DNA of 64,000 bases, taken from an uncultured delta proteobacterium (GTDB taxonomy: Bacteria > Desulfobacterota > RBG-13-43-22). Shown piece after piece: positions 19,115-29,381 of this stretch. The notes below the pieces were generated by a model. That model had not been told where the DNA came from, searched no databases, and was given only the letters and a program-made list of their open reading frames with translations. Position numbers and translations under genes: made by a program. Every line of letters starts with the position of its first letter. Positions within the stretch are counted from its first letter, which is position 1. The DNA lies in the NCBI GenBank assembly GCA_963711835.1, contig CAVQFQ010000018.1:1-64000 (forward strand), in the 5' to 3' direction.

Positions 19115-21421
19115 ATGCCTTCCCACGGCTGGCTTATTGATCTCTATGTCCGGGAAGATTTCCTGGCCCTCTGGTTCCGGCTCCGATCCGGGGAACTCCT
19201 TTGCCTGACCGATTCCTTTCCCTATCGTTTTTATGCCTGGGGAAACCCTTCGGCCCTCCGCCATTTGGAAAAAACCCTAAGACCCTATTTACGAAATACG
19301 GCCTGGACCCGGCGGATCGAATTCTGGAGCGGGAAACCGATCTCGGTGCTGGAACTGGAAATCCGTTCTTTAGAGAAACTGCCCCAAGTTCAGCGATTAC
19401 TGGCCACGTGTCCGGAAGGCCTTACCCTTTATAACTGTGACCTGAGCATCCCCCAGTATTATGCCTATGAGAAAGGGTTGTTTCCTTTATGCTCCTGTGA
19501 AATAGAGTGGGAACGGGGAAGCCTGAAGACCCTTAAGGTCTTGAGCTCTCCCTGGGATCCGGATGCCGATCTGCCTGAACTGAAGGTCCTGAAAATCGGC
19601 CTCACCGGTCATCCCCAGATCTCCCTGGACCGGGGGAATTCCATTCAAATTTTGCAGGAAGGTGTTTCGTTTGAAATAGAGGCCTCGGATATACCCGGGC
19701 TCCTCCGGAAACTGAACCATTGCCTGATGCGCCTGGACCCGGATCTGATCCTCTCCCGTCATGGAGACGCCCGCATCTTGCCTTTCCTCTGGAAGTGGGC
19801 TCAGAAAGAAAAAGTCCCTTTGGGCCTGGATCGGGATCCCCGGCCTCCCCTGCGGGCCAAGATAGGCCAAGGCCGCTCTTATTTTTCCTATGGCCAGGTC
19901 CTTTATCAAAGCACGGCGTTCCCTCTTTACGGCCGTCTCCATATCGATCAGGAAAATTCCTTTTTCTATAAAGAAGCCGGCCTGGAAGGAATCTTCTTTC
20001 TCTCCCGCCTGACCAAGCTGCCGGTTCAGACCCTGGCCCGCGCCACGCCGGGAACGGCCATCACCTCCATGCAACTGGACCGGGCCGTCCGGAAGAGGAT
20101 ACTCATTCCCTGGAAAAAAGGTCGGCCCGAAACCTTCAAAACCGCCTGGGAACTCCTGGTGGCCGACAAGGGCGGGCTGGTCTTTCAGCCTCCCATCGGC
20201 CTCAAGGAAAGGGTGGCCGAAATCGATTTTGTCTCCATGTATCCCAGCATCATGGTCCGACACAATATTTCGCCCGAGACCATGCTTTGCCGCTGCTGCC
20301 CGGAGCCGGTGGTGCCGGAGGCAGGCACCAACATCTGCCGGAAGCGGGAAGGGTTGGTGCCCCAAACTCTGCGCCCCATATTGAAATTAAGGGATGAATT
20401 AAAACATCGGATCAAGACCGGTCATCCGAAAGGGCCTCTTTATAAATCGATGCGGCAGGCCCTGAAGTGGATTCTGGTAACCTGCTTTGGCTATATGGGC
20501 TACAAGAATGCCCGCTTCGGCTGCATCGAGGCCCACGAAGCCATTACTGCCTTTGGTCGAGAGAAGCTGTTGCAGGCCAAGGAGTGCGCCGAAGAACAAG
20601 GTTTCCAGGTCCTCCACGGCCTGACCGATTCGCTTTGGATTCAGGCAGAGGGTTTGGATGAGACCAAGGTAGAAGACCTGCTGATCGCCATCCGGGAGCG
20701 GACCGGCCTGGACATCAGCCTGGAAGGGATCTATGACTGGATCATCTTTCTGCCATCCAGGGTCCGGGCCAGCCGTCCGGTGGCCAATCGTTATTTCGGG
20801 CTTTTCCAGGATGGGACAGTGAAAATCCGGGGGATCGCCTGCTGCTGCCATGACTCCCCGCCCTTCATCAAAAATGCCCAGAAGGATCTTTTGCTGACTC
20901 TTTCGGCGGCCAAGGATCGAGCGCATTTGGAGCAACAGGTCCCCAGCGTGCTGGAACGCCTGGAGGAATATGTTCTTAGTCTAAGAGATGGCCAAGTGCC
21001 GTCCCGTGACTTAATCATCCATCGCCGCCTAAGTCAAACCCTGGAGGAATATAAAGTCAATACCGCTTCCGTTCTGGCCCTGCAGCAATTAGAGGCCGTG
21101 GGTATCACCCTTTATCCGGGCCAACGGGTGGGCTACGTTTTGCGTGACACCGCTTCAGCCTCTTCTTCTGAAGCCGGCGTTCTTCCCGCCCCTTTCTTGG
21201 ATGGAGGAGAATCTTACGACCGGAAGAAATATCTGGATCTCCTGCTCCGGGCCGCTGCTGAAGTTCTGGTTTCCTTCGGGTTAAACCTTAAAGATCTGGA
21301 GTTTAAATTTGGGTCTGGACCACCAAGCCAAACAACTGCAAGAAGAGGCCGGCGTTGTCATGACCATCTCGGTCGGGAGGCTTTCAAGGGTTTACAGCGA
21401 GCCATAAAGTTGTTAAGATAA
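19115..21421 (+). CDS. Family B DNA polymerase, PolB2 (Dpo2)-type
   Basis: Motif A EIDFVSMYPSIM; motif B KWILVTCFGYMG; motif C HGLTDS (first Asp lost); exonuclease motifs not recognisable. Confidence 0.88.
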   Translation: MPSHGWLIDLYVREDFLALWFRLRSGELLCLTDSFPYRFYAWGNPSALRHLEKTLRPYLRNTAWTRRIEFWSGKPISVLELEIRSLEKLPQVQRLLATCPEGLTLYNCDLSIPQYYAYEKGLFPLCSCEIEWERGSLKTLKVLSSPWDPDADLPELKVLKIGLTGHPQISLDRGNSIQILQEGVSFEIEASDIPGLLRKLNHCLMRLDPDLILSRHGDARILPFLWKWAQKEKVPLGLDRDPRPPLRAKIGQGRSYFSYGQVLYQSTAFPLYGRLHIDQENSFFYKEAGLEGIFFLSRLTKLPVQTLARATPGTAITSMQLDRAVRKRILIPWKKGRPETFKTAWELLVADKGGLVFQPPIGLKERVAEIDFVSMYPSIMVRHNISPETMLCRCCPEPVVPEAGTNICRKREGLVPQTLRPILKLRDELKHRIKTGHPKGPLYKSMRQALKWILVTCFGYMGYKNARFGCIEAHEAITAFGREKLLQAKECAEEQGFQVLHGLTDSLWIQAEGLDETKVEDLLIAIRERTGLDISLEGIYDWIIFLPSRVRASRPVANRYFGLFQDGTVKIRGIACCCHDSPPFIKNAQKDLLLTLSAAKDRAHLEQQVPSVLERLEEYVLSLRDGQVPSRDLIIHRRLSQTLEEYKVNTASVLALQQLEAVGITLYPGQRVGYVLRDTASASSSEAGVLPAPFLDGGESYDRKKYLDLLLRAAAEVLVSFGLNLKDLEFKFGSGPPSQTTARRGRRCHDHLGREAFKGLQRAIKLLR

Positions 21422-21482
21422 GTTTCAATGAAAACATTTTACTAAAAATAAACTGAATTACAGAGAGTTACGGTTCTATCCC

Positions 21483-22337
21483 ATGAATGCTACTGAAAAC
21501 AGGACAACGGAATCCAAAAAAATTGTAGGGGTAAAATTTCAATCTACCGGGACTATTTATGATTTCGACTGCGGCCATTTTGTCTTAAAATGCGGGGACC
21601 GGGTCATTGTCAAGACCGAGCAGGGCCTGGGCCTGGGGAAGGTAGTCCGAGGACCGAACAAGATAGACAAGATTGAGGAAGGGAAGGAAATCAAGAAAAT
21701 ATTCCGTCTGGCCCATGAAGCCGATTTAGACCAGTACCGCAAGGTCCAGGAAAGAGAAAAAGAGGCCTACTCTTTTTGCCAGGAGCGGATCCGGGAGAGT
21801 AAGCTGGTTATGAAACTGGTCAGGGTCGAAAGTTATTTTGACGGCAGCAAGATCATTTTTTATTTTACGGCCGACGGCCGGATTGATTTTCGTGAATTGG
21901 TCAAAGACCTAGTGCACCGCTTCCATACCCGGATCGAGATGCGTCAAATCGGCGTTCGTAATGAAGCTAAGATGTTGGGCGGCTTGGGGCACTGCGGGAG
22001 AGAAGTGTGCTGTTCCGCTTTTCTCCCGGATTTCGCCACCGTTTCGGTGAAAATGGCCAAGGAGCAAAACCTGCCCCTTAATCCGACCAAAATCTCCGGC
22101 CTTTGCGGCCGGTTGATGTGCTGCTTGACCTATGAGTTTGAAACCTATCTGGAGCTTAAGAAGGATTTCCCCAAATGTGGAAAGACGATTATGTGCTCCC
22201 TGGGACCGGTCAAGGTCCTTCGCCAAAATATCATGGAGGGCACGTTGCTCGTCGAAACTCAGGACCGGGAAGAAAAGATCCTGAAAGTGGCCGAACTGCA
22301 GAAAGGGGCTTCCGACCCCAAGAAGGATAAGGAATAA
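21483..22337 (+). CDS. ricT: PSP1-domain protein (YaaT/RicT family)
   Basis: FYFTADGRIDFRELVKDL, RIEMRQIGVR and KISGLCGRLMCCL motifs. Confidence 0.88.
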   Translation: MNATENRTTESKKIVGVKFQSTGTIYDFDCGHFVLKCGDRVIVKTEQGLGLGKVVRGPNKIDKIEEGKEIKKIFRLAHEADLDQYRKVQEREKEAYSFCQERIRESKLVMKLVRVESYFDGSKIIFYFTADGRIDFRELVKDLVHRFHTRIEMRQIGVRNEAKMLGGLGHCGREVCCSAFLPDFATVSVKMAKEQNLPLNPTKISGLCGRLMCCLTYEFETYLELKKDFPKCGKTIMCSLGPVKVLRQNIMEGTLLVETQDREEKILKVAELQKGASDPKKDKE

Positions 22338-22343
22338 ATAGCC

Positions 22344-24257
22344 GTGGATAACTATTTTTATGTGACTACCCCTATTTATTATGTGAATGCCGAACCCCAC
22401 ATCGGCCATGCCTACAGCACCTTGGTGGCCGATACCTTAACGCGTTATTATCAATCCCTCGGCTATCTCACCCGGTTTCAAACCGGGACGGACGAACATG
22501 GAGAAAAGGTGGTCCAGGCCGCCCAGAAAGAGGGCCTGGATCCGAAAGCTTACGCCGACCGGATCAGTCGCTTGTTCCAGGACACCTGGCCGGACTTGGA
22601 TATTTTCCCTGATCATTTTATTCGAACCACCGATCCGGATCATATCCAAGTCGTCACCTATATCCTGAATAAGGTTTACGCCTCCGGAGATATCTATTTC
22701 AGCGAATATGAAGGGCAATATTGTCTGGGCTGCGAACGGTTTTATACCGAAAGGGAACTGCTGGACGGATGTTGTCCGGATCATCAAACCAAACCGACCT
22801 TGGTTAAAGAGGCCAACTATTTTTTCCGGATGAGTGCCTATCAGGACTGGTTGATTGACCAGATCAAAAGCCATCCGGACTTTATCCGGCCGGAACGGTA
22901 TCGCAATGAGGTCTTGTCCTTTTTAAACGAACCCCTGGAGGATCTGTGCATTTCCCGCCCCAAAACCCGTTTGACCTGGGGGATTCCTCTTCCTTTTGAC
23001 GAGAACTATGTCACCTATGTCTGGTTCGATGCCCTGATCAATTATCTCTCCGGCTTAGGCTATCCTCAGGGGGAACTATTTCCAAAGTTCTGGCCGGCGG
23101 CGGAACATATTATTGCCAAAGATATTTTAAAACCCCACGGGATTTATTGGCCCATTATGTTGAAGGCCGCCGGGATTGCGCAGTATCGCCATTTGAACGT
23201 CCATGGTTATTGGAATATTGATCAGACCAAGATTTCCAAAAGTCTCGGCAATGTGATCCGCCCGGCCCAACTCAAAGAAAAGTTCGGGGGCGACGCCGTT
23301 CGTTATTTTTTCCTTCGGGAAATGGTCTTCGGGCTAGATGCCCATTTCACTGAAGAAGCCTTGGTGCAACGGATTAATGCCGACCTGGCCAATAACCTAG
23401 GCAATTGTTTCAGCCGCAGCCTGGCTATGATTGAAAAATATTGCGCCGGAAAGGTTCCGGAACCCGGCCCATCCGGTCCGGCCGAGGAAGGCTTAAAAAA
23501 TTTAACCCGGGAAGTTCAGGAAACGGTCAGAGAGGAAGTCCGGAGGCTGTCTTTTCACAAAGCCTTAATGGGACTCTGGGACCTGATTGACGGGCTGAAT
23601 AAATATATCGACGGCCAGGCTCCCTGGGCCTTGGCCAAGGACCCGGAGAAAGGGCCACGATTAGCCACGGTCCTTTACCATATCGCGGAAAGCCTTCGTC
23701 AGACGGCCCTGCTCCTTTACCCTTTTCTGCCTCAAACGTCATCCCGGATGAAGCAGCAGTTGGGAATCCCCCCGGAGAAAGGGTCTCCCAACTGGAACAG
23801 GGAACTGGCCTGGGGAAAACTGAGTCCGGGAACAACCATCGTAAAGGGACCGGCTCTCTTCCCTCGGATAGAACCGGAAGGGAAAACCGCCCCGGAAGCC
23901 CCAGGAGGAGAGTTGAAAAATGCCCTCCGCTTCCAGCCGGCGCAACCCTTTGCCGAATTCCAGAAGTGGGATTTGCGGGTCGCCCGGATTGAAAAGGCCG
24001 AAAGGGTCCCTAAATCCAATAAGCTGTTGAAACTGGAAATTGACTTAGGGGAAAAAAGGATCCTGGTGGCCGGCATCGGCCAGACCTATTCACCCGAAGA
24101 GCTGATTGGAAAAAAGATCATTGTGGTGGCCAACCTGGAGCCTTCCCGTATCATGGGGGTAGAATCCCAAGCCATGCTTCTGGCGGCCAAGGACGAAAAG
24201 GGGTTAACATTGATCGTCCCGGAAGGAAACCTGGGTCCCGGAGCCAAGGTGTCCTAA
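22344..24257 (+). CDS. metG: Methionine--tRNA ligase with C-terminal tRNA-binding domain
   Basis: YVTTPIYYVN, HIGH, KISKS and YVWFDAL motifs. Confidence 0.96.
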   Translation: MDNYFYVTTPIYYVNAEPHIGHAYSTLVADTLTRYYQSLGYLTRFQTGTDEHGEKVVQAAQKEGLDPKAYADRISRLFQDTWPDLDIFPDHFIRTTDPDHIQVVTYILNKVYASGDIYFSEYEGQYCLGCERFYTERELLDGCCPDHQTKPTLVKEANYFFRMSAYQDWLIDQIKSHPDFIRPERYRNEVLSFLNEPLEDLCISRPKTRLTWGIPLPFDENYVTYVWFDALINYLSGLGYPQGELFPKFWPAAEHIIAKDILKPHGIYWPIMLKAAGIAQYRHLNVHGYWNIDQTKISKSLGNVIRPAQLKEKFGGDAVRYFFLREMVFGLDAHFTEEALVQRINADLANNLGNCFSRSLAMIEKYCAGKVPEPGPSGPAEEGLKNLTREVQETVREEVRRLSFHKALMGLWDLIDGLNKYIDGQAPWALAKDPEKGPRLATVLYHIAESLRQTALLLYPFLPQTSSRMKQQLGIPPEKGSPNWNRELAWGKLSPGTTIVKGPALFPRIEPEGKTAPEAPGGELKNALRFQPAQPFAEFQKWDLRVARIEKAERVPKSNKLLKLEIDLGEKRILVAGIGQTYSPEELIGKKIIVVANLEPSRIMGVESQAMLLAAKDEKGLTLIVPEGNLGPGAKVS

Positions 24258-24286
24258 GGGGCTACCAAGAGGACAAGCCCATAGCC

Positions 24287-24730
24287 TTGATTGCCGTCGA
24301 TGCTCTTCCACATCGTTTCCCTTTTCTGTTTCTCGACCGGATCCAGACCCTGATCCCAGGCGAGCAAGGCATCTTTTGTTTTCGGAGCTCGGCCGATGGT
24401 TATTATCTTTCGGGAAGCACCCCGCCTTCTTTTCAGCAGGCCCTCCTTTTGGAAGCCATGGCCGAGGGGGCCGGACTCATTTTGATCAGCGAGTCAGGCC
24501 AAAAGGATGAACCCGCTCCGGGGAAAGGCTATCTTTTGCGATTGGACCGGGTATTTTTTGAGGCCCTTCCCCAGGCCGGCCAGGAGATATGTATCGTTGT
24601 GAATAAAAAAATGGTCTTCGGGCAGATGGTCCAATTTCAGGCTCAGGCGAAATCCGGGGACGTCGTTGTCGCCCGGGCAGAACTCACCTTGTGGCGCGAA
24701 CCAAGGGAACAGGGTCAGGAGGATCGTTGA
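24287..24730 (+). CDS. FabZ/FabA-like acyl-ACP dehydratase (hotdog fold)
   Basis: LPHRFPFLFLD and LLEAMAE motifs. Confidence 0.75.
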   Translation: MIAVDALPHRFPFLFLDRIQTLIPGEQGIFCFRSSADGYYLSGSTPPSFQQALLLEAMAEGAGLILISESGQKDEPAPGKGYLLRLDRVFFEALPQAGQEICIVVNKKMVFGQMVQFQAQAKSGDVVVARAELTLWREPREQGQEDR

Positions 24731-25455
24731 AAGTCGGTTTGCTTATCCCGGCCTATAATGTTGAAGATCAGATCGGCGCCGTTATCGAGGGTGCCCGGCC
24801 CTGGGTGGATGGAATTTTGGTCCTGGACGACGGTTCCTCGGACCATACCCGCGAAAAGGCCTTAGGTCTGGGGACGGAAGTCATATCGAATAAGCCTAAT
24901 CGAGGGAAGGGGTATGCCTTGAAGCAAGGTTTTGCCTATTTCCGTTTTCATGGGTTTGAGACCATACTGACCATAGATGGCGATGGACAGCATGACCCCC
25001 GATATATCCCCCACTTTCTCGAGGCCTATAAAAAGGGAAAGGCCCAGGTCATTATCGGGTCCCGAATGGAAGAAGGTTCAAAAATACCCAAAGCCCGCTA
25101 TGTTCTCAACCTGATCGGGACCTACTGCCTTTCCTGGGCTACCGGACAATATGTCCCCGATTCCCAGAGCGGCTATCGTCTCTATGAGACCAAAGCCTTG
25201 GAGGGTTTATCCTTGAAAGATAACCGGTTCGCCCTGGAAACCGAAGTATTGATCAAGCTGGCCAAACGAGGTTGTGTCTTTTCCTCTATCCCCATCCCGG
25301 CTATTTATAATGAGGTCCGGCAGGCTTCTAATTTCCGGCCGGTGAAAGACATCTATCAGATCAGCATGTTGGTCCTAAGGAGTATTTTTTGGAAACGAGA
25401 AACCCCGCGGCCGAAAGGAACGTTCCTGTTGCCCTTTCGCCGGCGATTCGGTTGA
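24727..25455 (+). CDS. GT2 glycosyltransferase (DPM-synthase-like)
   Basis: IPAYN, DDGSSD, DGDGQH and DSQSGYR motifs; TTG start overlaps the upstream stop. Confidence 0.88.
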   Translation: MKVGLLIPAYNVEDQIGAVIEGARPWVDGILVLDDGSSDHTREKALGLGTEVISNKPNRGKGYALKQGFAYFRFHGFETILTIDGDGQHDPRYIPHFLEAYKKGKAQVIIGSRMEEGSKIPKARYVLNLIGTYCLSWATGQYVPDSQSGYRLYETKALEGLSLKDNRFALETEVLIKLAKRGCVFSSIPIPAIYNEVRQASNFRPVKDIYQISMLVLRSIFWKRETPRPKGTFLLPFRRRFG

Positions 25456-25459
25456 AGCG

Positions 25460-26683
25460 GTGGAGAAAAGAAAAGCCGTTATAACCGGCATCGGGGTGGT
25501 CACCTCCATCGGAACAAACCGCCGGGAGTTCTGGCAAAACCTTATCGCCGGCAAGACCGGTATCGGCCGGATAGACCTGTTTGATACGGCCCAATACCGA
25601 GTCACGATTGCCGCCCAGGCCAGGGGTTTTTCGGGCCGGGAGCACTTTACCTCGCGGGAATGCCGGCGGCTGTCCCGCTCCGACCTCCTGGGCCTGGTGG
25701 CAGCCCGGGAAGCCCTGGAAGAGATCCCCTTTAACACCCCGGCCCTTCCTCCCGACCGGATAGCCGTTGTCTTGGGCGCTGGAGCAGGGGGGATCTATCC
25801 GGCTGAAATCTATCGTCAGGACCTTTATCGTCATAAAAAACCGCGCTATCCTTCTTTTCTGCTTTCGTTTCCCATGTGCAGTCTGACCGATCATATCGGC
25901 AACCGCTGGGGCCTGACCGGTCCCCGGGCCACTATTGATACGGCCTGTTCCTCGACCATCACGGCCATCGGACTCGGTTTGGATTTCATCCAAAGAGACC
26001 AGGCTGATCTGGTCATTACCGGCGGCAGTGAATCCCTCTCGCAATTGACTTTTTCCGGATTTAATGCTTTGAAAGCCTTGGACCCCGAACCCTGCCGGCC
26101 TTTCGACCGGACCCGGCAAGGGCTTTCTCTGGGCGAAGGGGCCGCCCTGCTGATTCTTGAAGAAAAGGAAAGGGCCCGGGAACGGGGAGCTCCGGTCTAT
26201 GCCGAGGTATTGGGCTATGGCACCTCCGGGGATGCCCATCACATAACGGCTCCCCATCCGGAAGGGCGGGGGGCGATTTTGTCTATGGAGCGGGCTATCG
26301 CCAGGGCCGGGCTTTCGGCCGATGATATCGATTTCATCAATGCCCACGGTACGGCCACCCCGGCCAACGACCCGATTGAAACCAGGGCCATTAAAAAGGT
26401 TTTTGGAGATCGTGCCTATCGGATCCCGGTTACCTCCATTAAATCCTCGATCGGCCATTGTCTGGGCGCAGCCGGTGTTTTAGGGGCCGTCGCCGGTATC
26501 CTGGCCTTAGACCAAGGGGTCCTGCCCCCTACCCTGCACTTTAGGGAGCGGGATCCGGCCTGTGATCTGGATTATGTTTTTAACCAGGCCCGGAAAAAAG
26601 AGATACAAACCGTGCTTTGCAACGCCTTCGCCTTCGGGGGAAATAACAGTTCCATTGTCTTTTCAAAACCGGATTATGCATAA
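25460..26683 (+). CDS. Beta-ketoacyl-ACP synthase (FabF-like KS) with intact Cys-His-His triad
   Basis: DTACSS, NAHGTAT, GHCLGAAG and FAFGGNN motifs. Confidence 0.9.
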   Translation: MEKRKAVITGIGVVTSIGTNRREFWQNLIAGKTGIGRIDLFDTAQYRVTIAAQARGFSGREHFTSRECRRLSRSDLLGLVAAREALEEIPFNTPALPPDRIAVVLGAGAGGIYPAEIYRQDLYRHKKPRYPSFLLSFPMCSLTDHIGNRWGLTGPRATIDTACSSTITAIGLGLDFIQRDQADLVITGGSESLSQLTFSGFNALKALDPEPCRPFDRTRQGLSLGEGAALLILEEKERARERGAPVYAEVLGYGTSGDAHHITAPHPEGRGAILSMERAIARAGLSADDIDFINAHGTATPANDPIETRAIKKVFGDRAYRIPVTSIKSSIGHCLGAAGVLGAVAGILALDQGVLPPTLHFRERDPACDLDYVFNQARKKEIQTVLCNAFAFGGNNSSIVFSKPDYA

Positions 26684-27884
26684 CGCCGCGATTGTGGTGA
26701 CCGGTATAGGGGTTATCTCTTCCTTGGGGATCGGCCGGGAGGTCTTCTGGAAACAGTTTCTGGAAGGGCGGACCGGCATCAGACCTTTGACGGAAATTTC
26801 GCCTTTGGAATCCCCTATAGACTTCGGCGGAGAGGTGCCGGGATTCAAGCCCAAGGAATATCTCTCCCCTTTGGTTTATCGCAAGATGGGCCGGACCTCC
26901 CGTCTATCCGTGGCCGCCAGCATAGAGGCCCTTAGTGATGCCGGATTAACCATCAATGAGGCTGGTCAGGACCGGATCGGGGTGGTCATGGGAACGGGCT
27001 ATGGAAATTCAGGACTGACCGACGATTTTTTTTTAAGTTTCATGGAAGGGGGCGCCCAGGGAGCAAATCCCCTCCTTTTTGCCGACACCGTCCCCAACAC
27101 GGCCGCCAGCCACATCAGTTTATATCATAAACTTCGGGGTCCTTTGACGACCTTTTGCCAGAATTTGATTTCCTCTGAACTGGCCCTGGCTTATGCCTGC
27201 CAGGTTCTCGATTCCGGCCAGGCCGAAGCCATGCTGGTGGGCGGGGCGGATGAGCTCTCTCCGATTCTCCTTCATGCCTTTTCCGTCTTTAAAGCCTTGA
27301 ACCCATCCCCAAACCCGATCCTTGGTAAAGGGATCATTCTGGGAGAAGGGGCCTGTATATTAGTCCTGGAGCGGGCCGAAAAGGCCCTGGCCCGGGGGGC
27401 CCGGATTTATGGGGAGATCAGGAATTGTGTTTTAAACAGCGGGGTAACTCAACCGGTCCAGTTTGAAGGAGAGGGTAACGAAATGAAAAAGGCGGTTTCA
27501 CGTTGCCTCAGCCCTGAAAATGAACCGGAAGCAGTGGAGTTGATCGGGCTTTCGGCCAATTTTTCTAAGGACCTGGACCGCCTGGAATATGCCGTCCTCA
27601 AAGAGGTCTTTGGGGCTAAACTCTCTCAAATAGCCTTATCCCCATTAAAATATTTCAGCGGAGAATTTGCCGGCATGGGCACCTTGAGACTGGCGGCCCT
27701 GCTTCTGGCTATGAGGGATCAGGTCCTTCCCCCCAGCGTCAACCCTTCCGAATTAGTGCCTGGTAAGCCTTGGGACCGGGCCTTTATTCCCGCCAGGTCG
27801 GGACCGGTAACCCAGGCCCTATTAACCGGGTTTTCCTTTGGGGGAGGAAATGCCTGTCTCTTAGTGAAGAAACCGACCTATTAA
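26676..27884 (+). CDS. KS-fold chain-length-factor-like protein, catalytic residues lost
   Basis: KS fold with QNLISSE in place of TACSS and both His residues absent; ATG overlaps the KS stop. Confidence 0.8.
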   Translation: MHNAAIVVTGIGVISSLGIGREVFWKQFLEGRTGIRPLTEISPLESPIDFGGEVPGFKPKEYLSPLVYRKMGRTSRLSVAASIEALSDAGLTINEAGQDRIGVVMGTGYGNSGLTDDFFLSFMEGGAQGANPLLFADTVPNTAASHISLYHKLRGPLTTFCQNLISSELALAYACQVLDSGQAEAMLVGGADELSPILLHAFSVFKALNPSPNPILGKGIILGEGACILVLERAEKALARGARIYGEIRNCVLNSGVTQPVQFEGEGNEMKKAVSRCLSPENEPEAVELIGLSANFSKDLDRLEYAVLKEVFGAKLSQIALSPLKYFSGEFAGMGTLRLAALLLAMRDQVLPPSVNPSELVPGKPWDRAFIPARSGPVTQALLTGFSFGGGNACLLVKKPTY

Positions 27885-27984
27885 ACCCTGCCCTAAAATT
27901 CCGTTTTGTAGCCTCAGCCTTGGCCAAAAGTAACCCTACTGGACCTGGCGAGTCCGCGTGCTCCATCCCAGGAAGAAGGGGAGG

Positions 27985-29325
27985 CTAAAAAAATTCCGGG
28001 CTGTCGGCCCGCTGTTTTTCTGTTTTGCCTTTTTCCAGATCAACACGGGTGAGGAGAAGAAGACCCAAGGCAAAAAGTACGGCTAAGGAGAGAATCCCCC
28101 AGCGCAGACTGCCGGTCATTTGGAGGGTCATCCCATAAATAAGGGGTCCGAAAATGGCCGAAAATTTCCCGATGACCCCGAAAAAGCCGAAGAATTCAGC
28201 ACTGGCGGAGAGCGGTGTCAACTGACCCTGGAGTGCCCGGGAAGAGGCCTGGGTGCCTCCCAAGACCATCCCGGCCAGAAATCCCAGGAACCAGTATTCC
28301 TTCTTAAGATCCCCTAAAACCCCCAAGAAAAAAGCCCAGATGGTGATGACGATCCAGATAACCAGGGTTATGAGAATGGCTTTTTTGTTCCCCCAGGCAT
28401 CAGCCAGGCGCCCGACTAAAAGGGACCCCAGGAAGGCGGTGGCCTGGATGAAGAGGAAAAAAAAGATAAGCTCCTGTTCCTTAAAGCCCACGATCTCCAC
28501 CCCATAGATGGAGGCCATAATAATGACGGTCTCCACCCCTTCATTGTAACAGAGATAAGCCAGAAAGAAGCGGAGAAGTTGACGGAAGTTTCGGATCTTT
28601 TTCAGGGTCTGAAAAATCCGGTGAAATCCGATCCTGAAATAACCCGTCCCTTTACCCGGATGGATGTCCTGATGGGGCGGCCGCTCCTTAAGCCAGGTCA
28701 GGGTGGGGATGGCAAAGAGGGCCCACCAGAGGGCCACCGAGAGAAAACAATCCTGGACCGTAAAATAGCCTTTGGGAAATCCCAGCACCTGGGGATACTG
28801 GAGCATGATCAAATTAAGCACCAGAAGGAGCCCGCCGCCCAGGTAGCCGACGGCCCAGCCGAGTCCGGATACCCAACCCAGGTGCTCTTCCGGGCAGATC
28901 TCCGGGAGAAAGGAGTTATAAAAGACATTTCCGGCTGCAAAACCGATATTGGCCAGGATGAAGAACAGGGCGGCCCGAAGATAGGTCCCCTCTCCTACAA
29001 AGTACAAGCATCCGGTGGCCATGACCCCCAAGGACCAGAAAAAAATGAGCATCTTTTTTTTAGCCCCGGAATAATCGGCTATGGCCCCTAAAACCGGGGC
29101 CAGAAAGGCAGATAGGGCCAGGCTGATGGAAACGGTAAAAGTAAACAAAGAGGCCCCGTGGAGATGGAAACCCCAGATGACCACCCCTTTTTCTCCACCG
29201 GCAATTTTCAAGGCGAAGTACTGGTTAAATATAACGGCCAGGATCGTGGTGGCAAAGGCCGAATTGGCGAAATCATAAAGGGCCCAACTGTAAATCTCTT
29301 TTCGATTATAAGAAGGGGCGGTCAT
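27985..29325 (-). CDS. MFS transporter, UMF1/Atg22-like family
   Basis: SWALYDFANSAF, NVFYNSFLP and GWAVGYLGG motifs; about 12 TM helices. Confidence 0.85.
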   Translation of the reverse strand: MTAPSYNRKEIYSWALYDFANSAFATTILAVIFNQYFALKIAGGEKGVVIWGFHLHGASLFTFTVSISLALSAFLAPVLGAIADYSGAKKKMLIFFWSLGVMATGCLYFVGEGTYLRAALFFILANIGFAAGNVFYNSFLPEICPEEHLGWVSGLGWAVGYLGGGLLLVLNLIMLQYPQVLGFPKGYFTVQDCFLSVALWWALFAIPTLTWLKERPPHQDIHPGKGTGYFRIGFHRIFQTLKKIRNFRQLLRFFLAYLCYNEGVETVIIMASIYGVEIVGFKEQELIFFFLFIQATAFLGSLLVGRLADAWGNKKAILITLVIWIVITIWAFFLGVLGDLKKEYWFLGFLAGMVLGGTQASSRALQGQLTPLSASAEFFGFFGVIGKFSAIFGPLIYGMTLQMTGSLRWGILSLAVLFALGLLLLTRVDLEKGKTEKQRADSPEFF

Positions 29326-29381
29326 GAGAATAATTCCATCGCTCTTAATTCCGGAAATTTATCTCTAACTTTTCAATATCA

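Noticed and set aside
19487-20365. 292-aa minus-strand ORF
   Set aside because: Antisense to PolB2; no recognisable domain.
25361-26458. 365-aa minus-strand ORF
   Set aside because: Antisense shadow of the KS gene.
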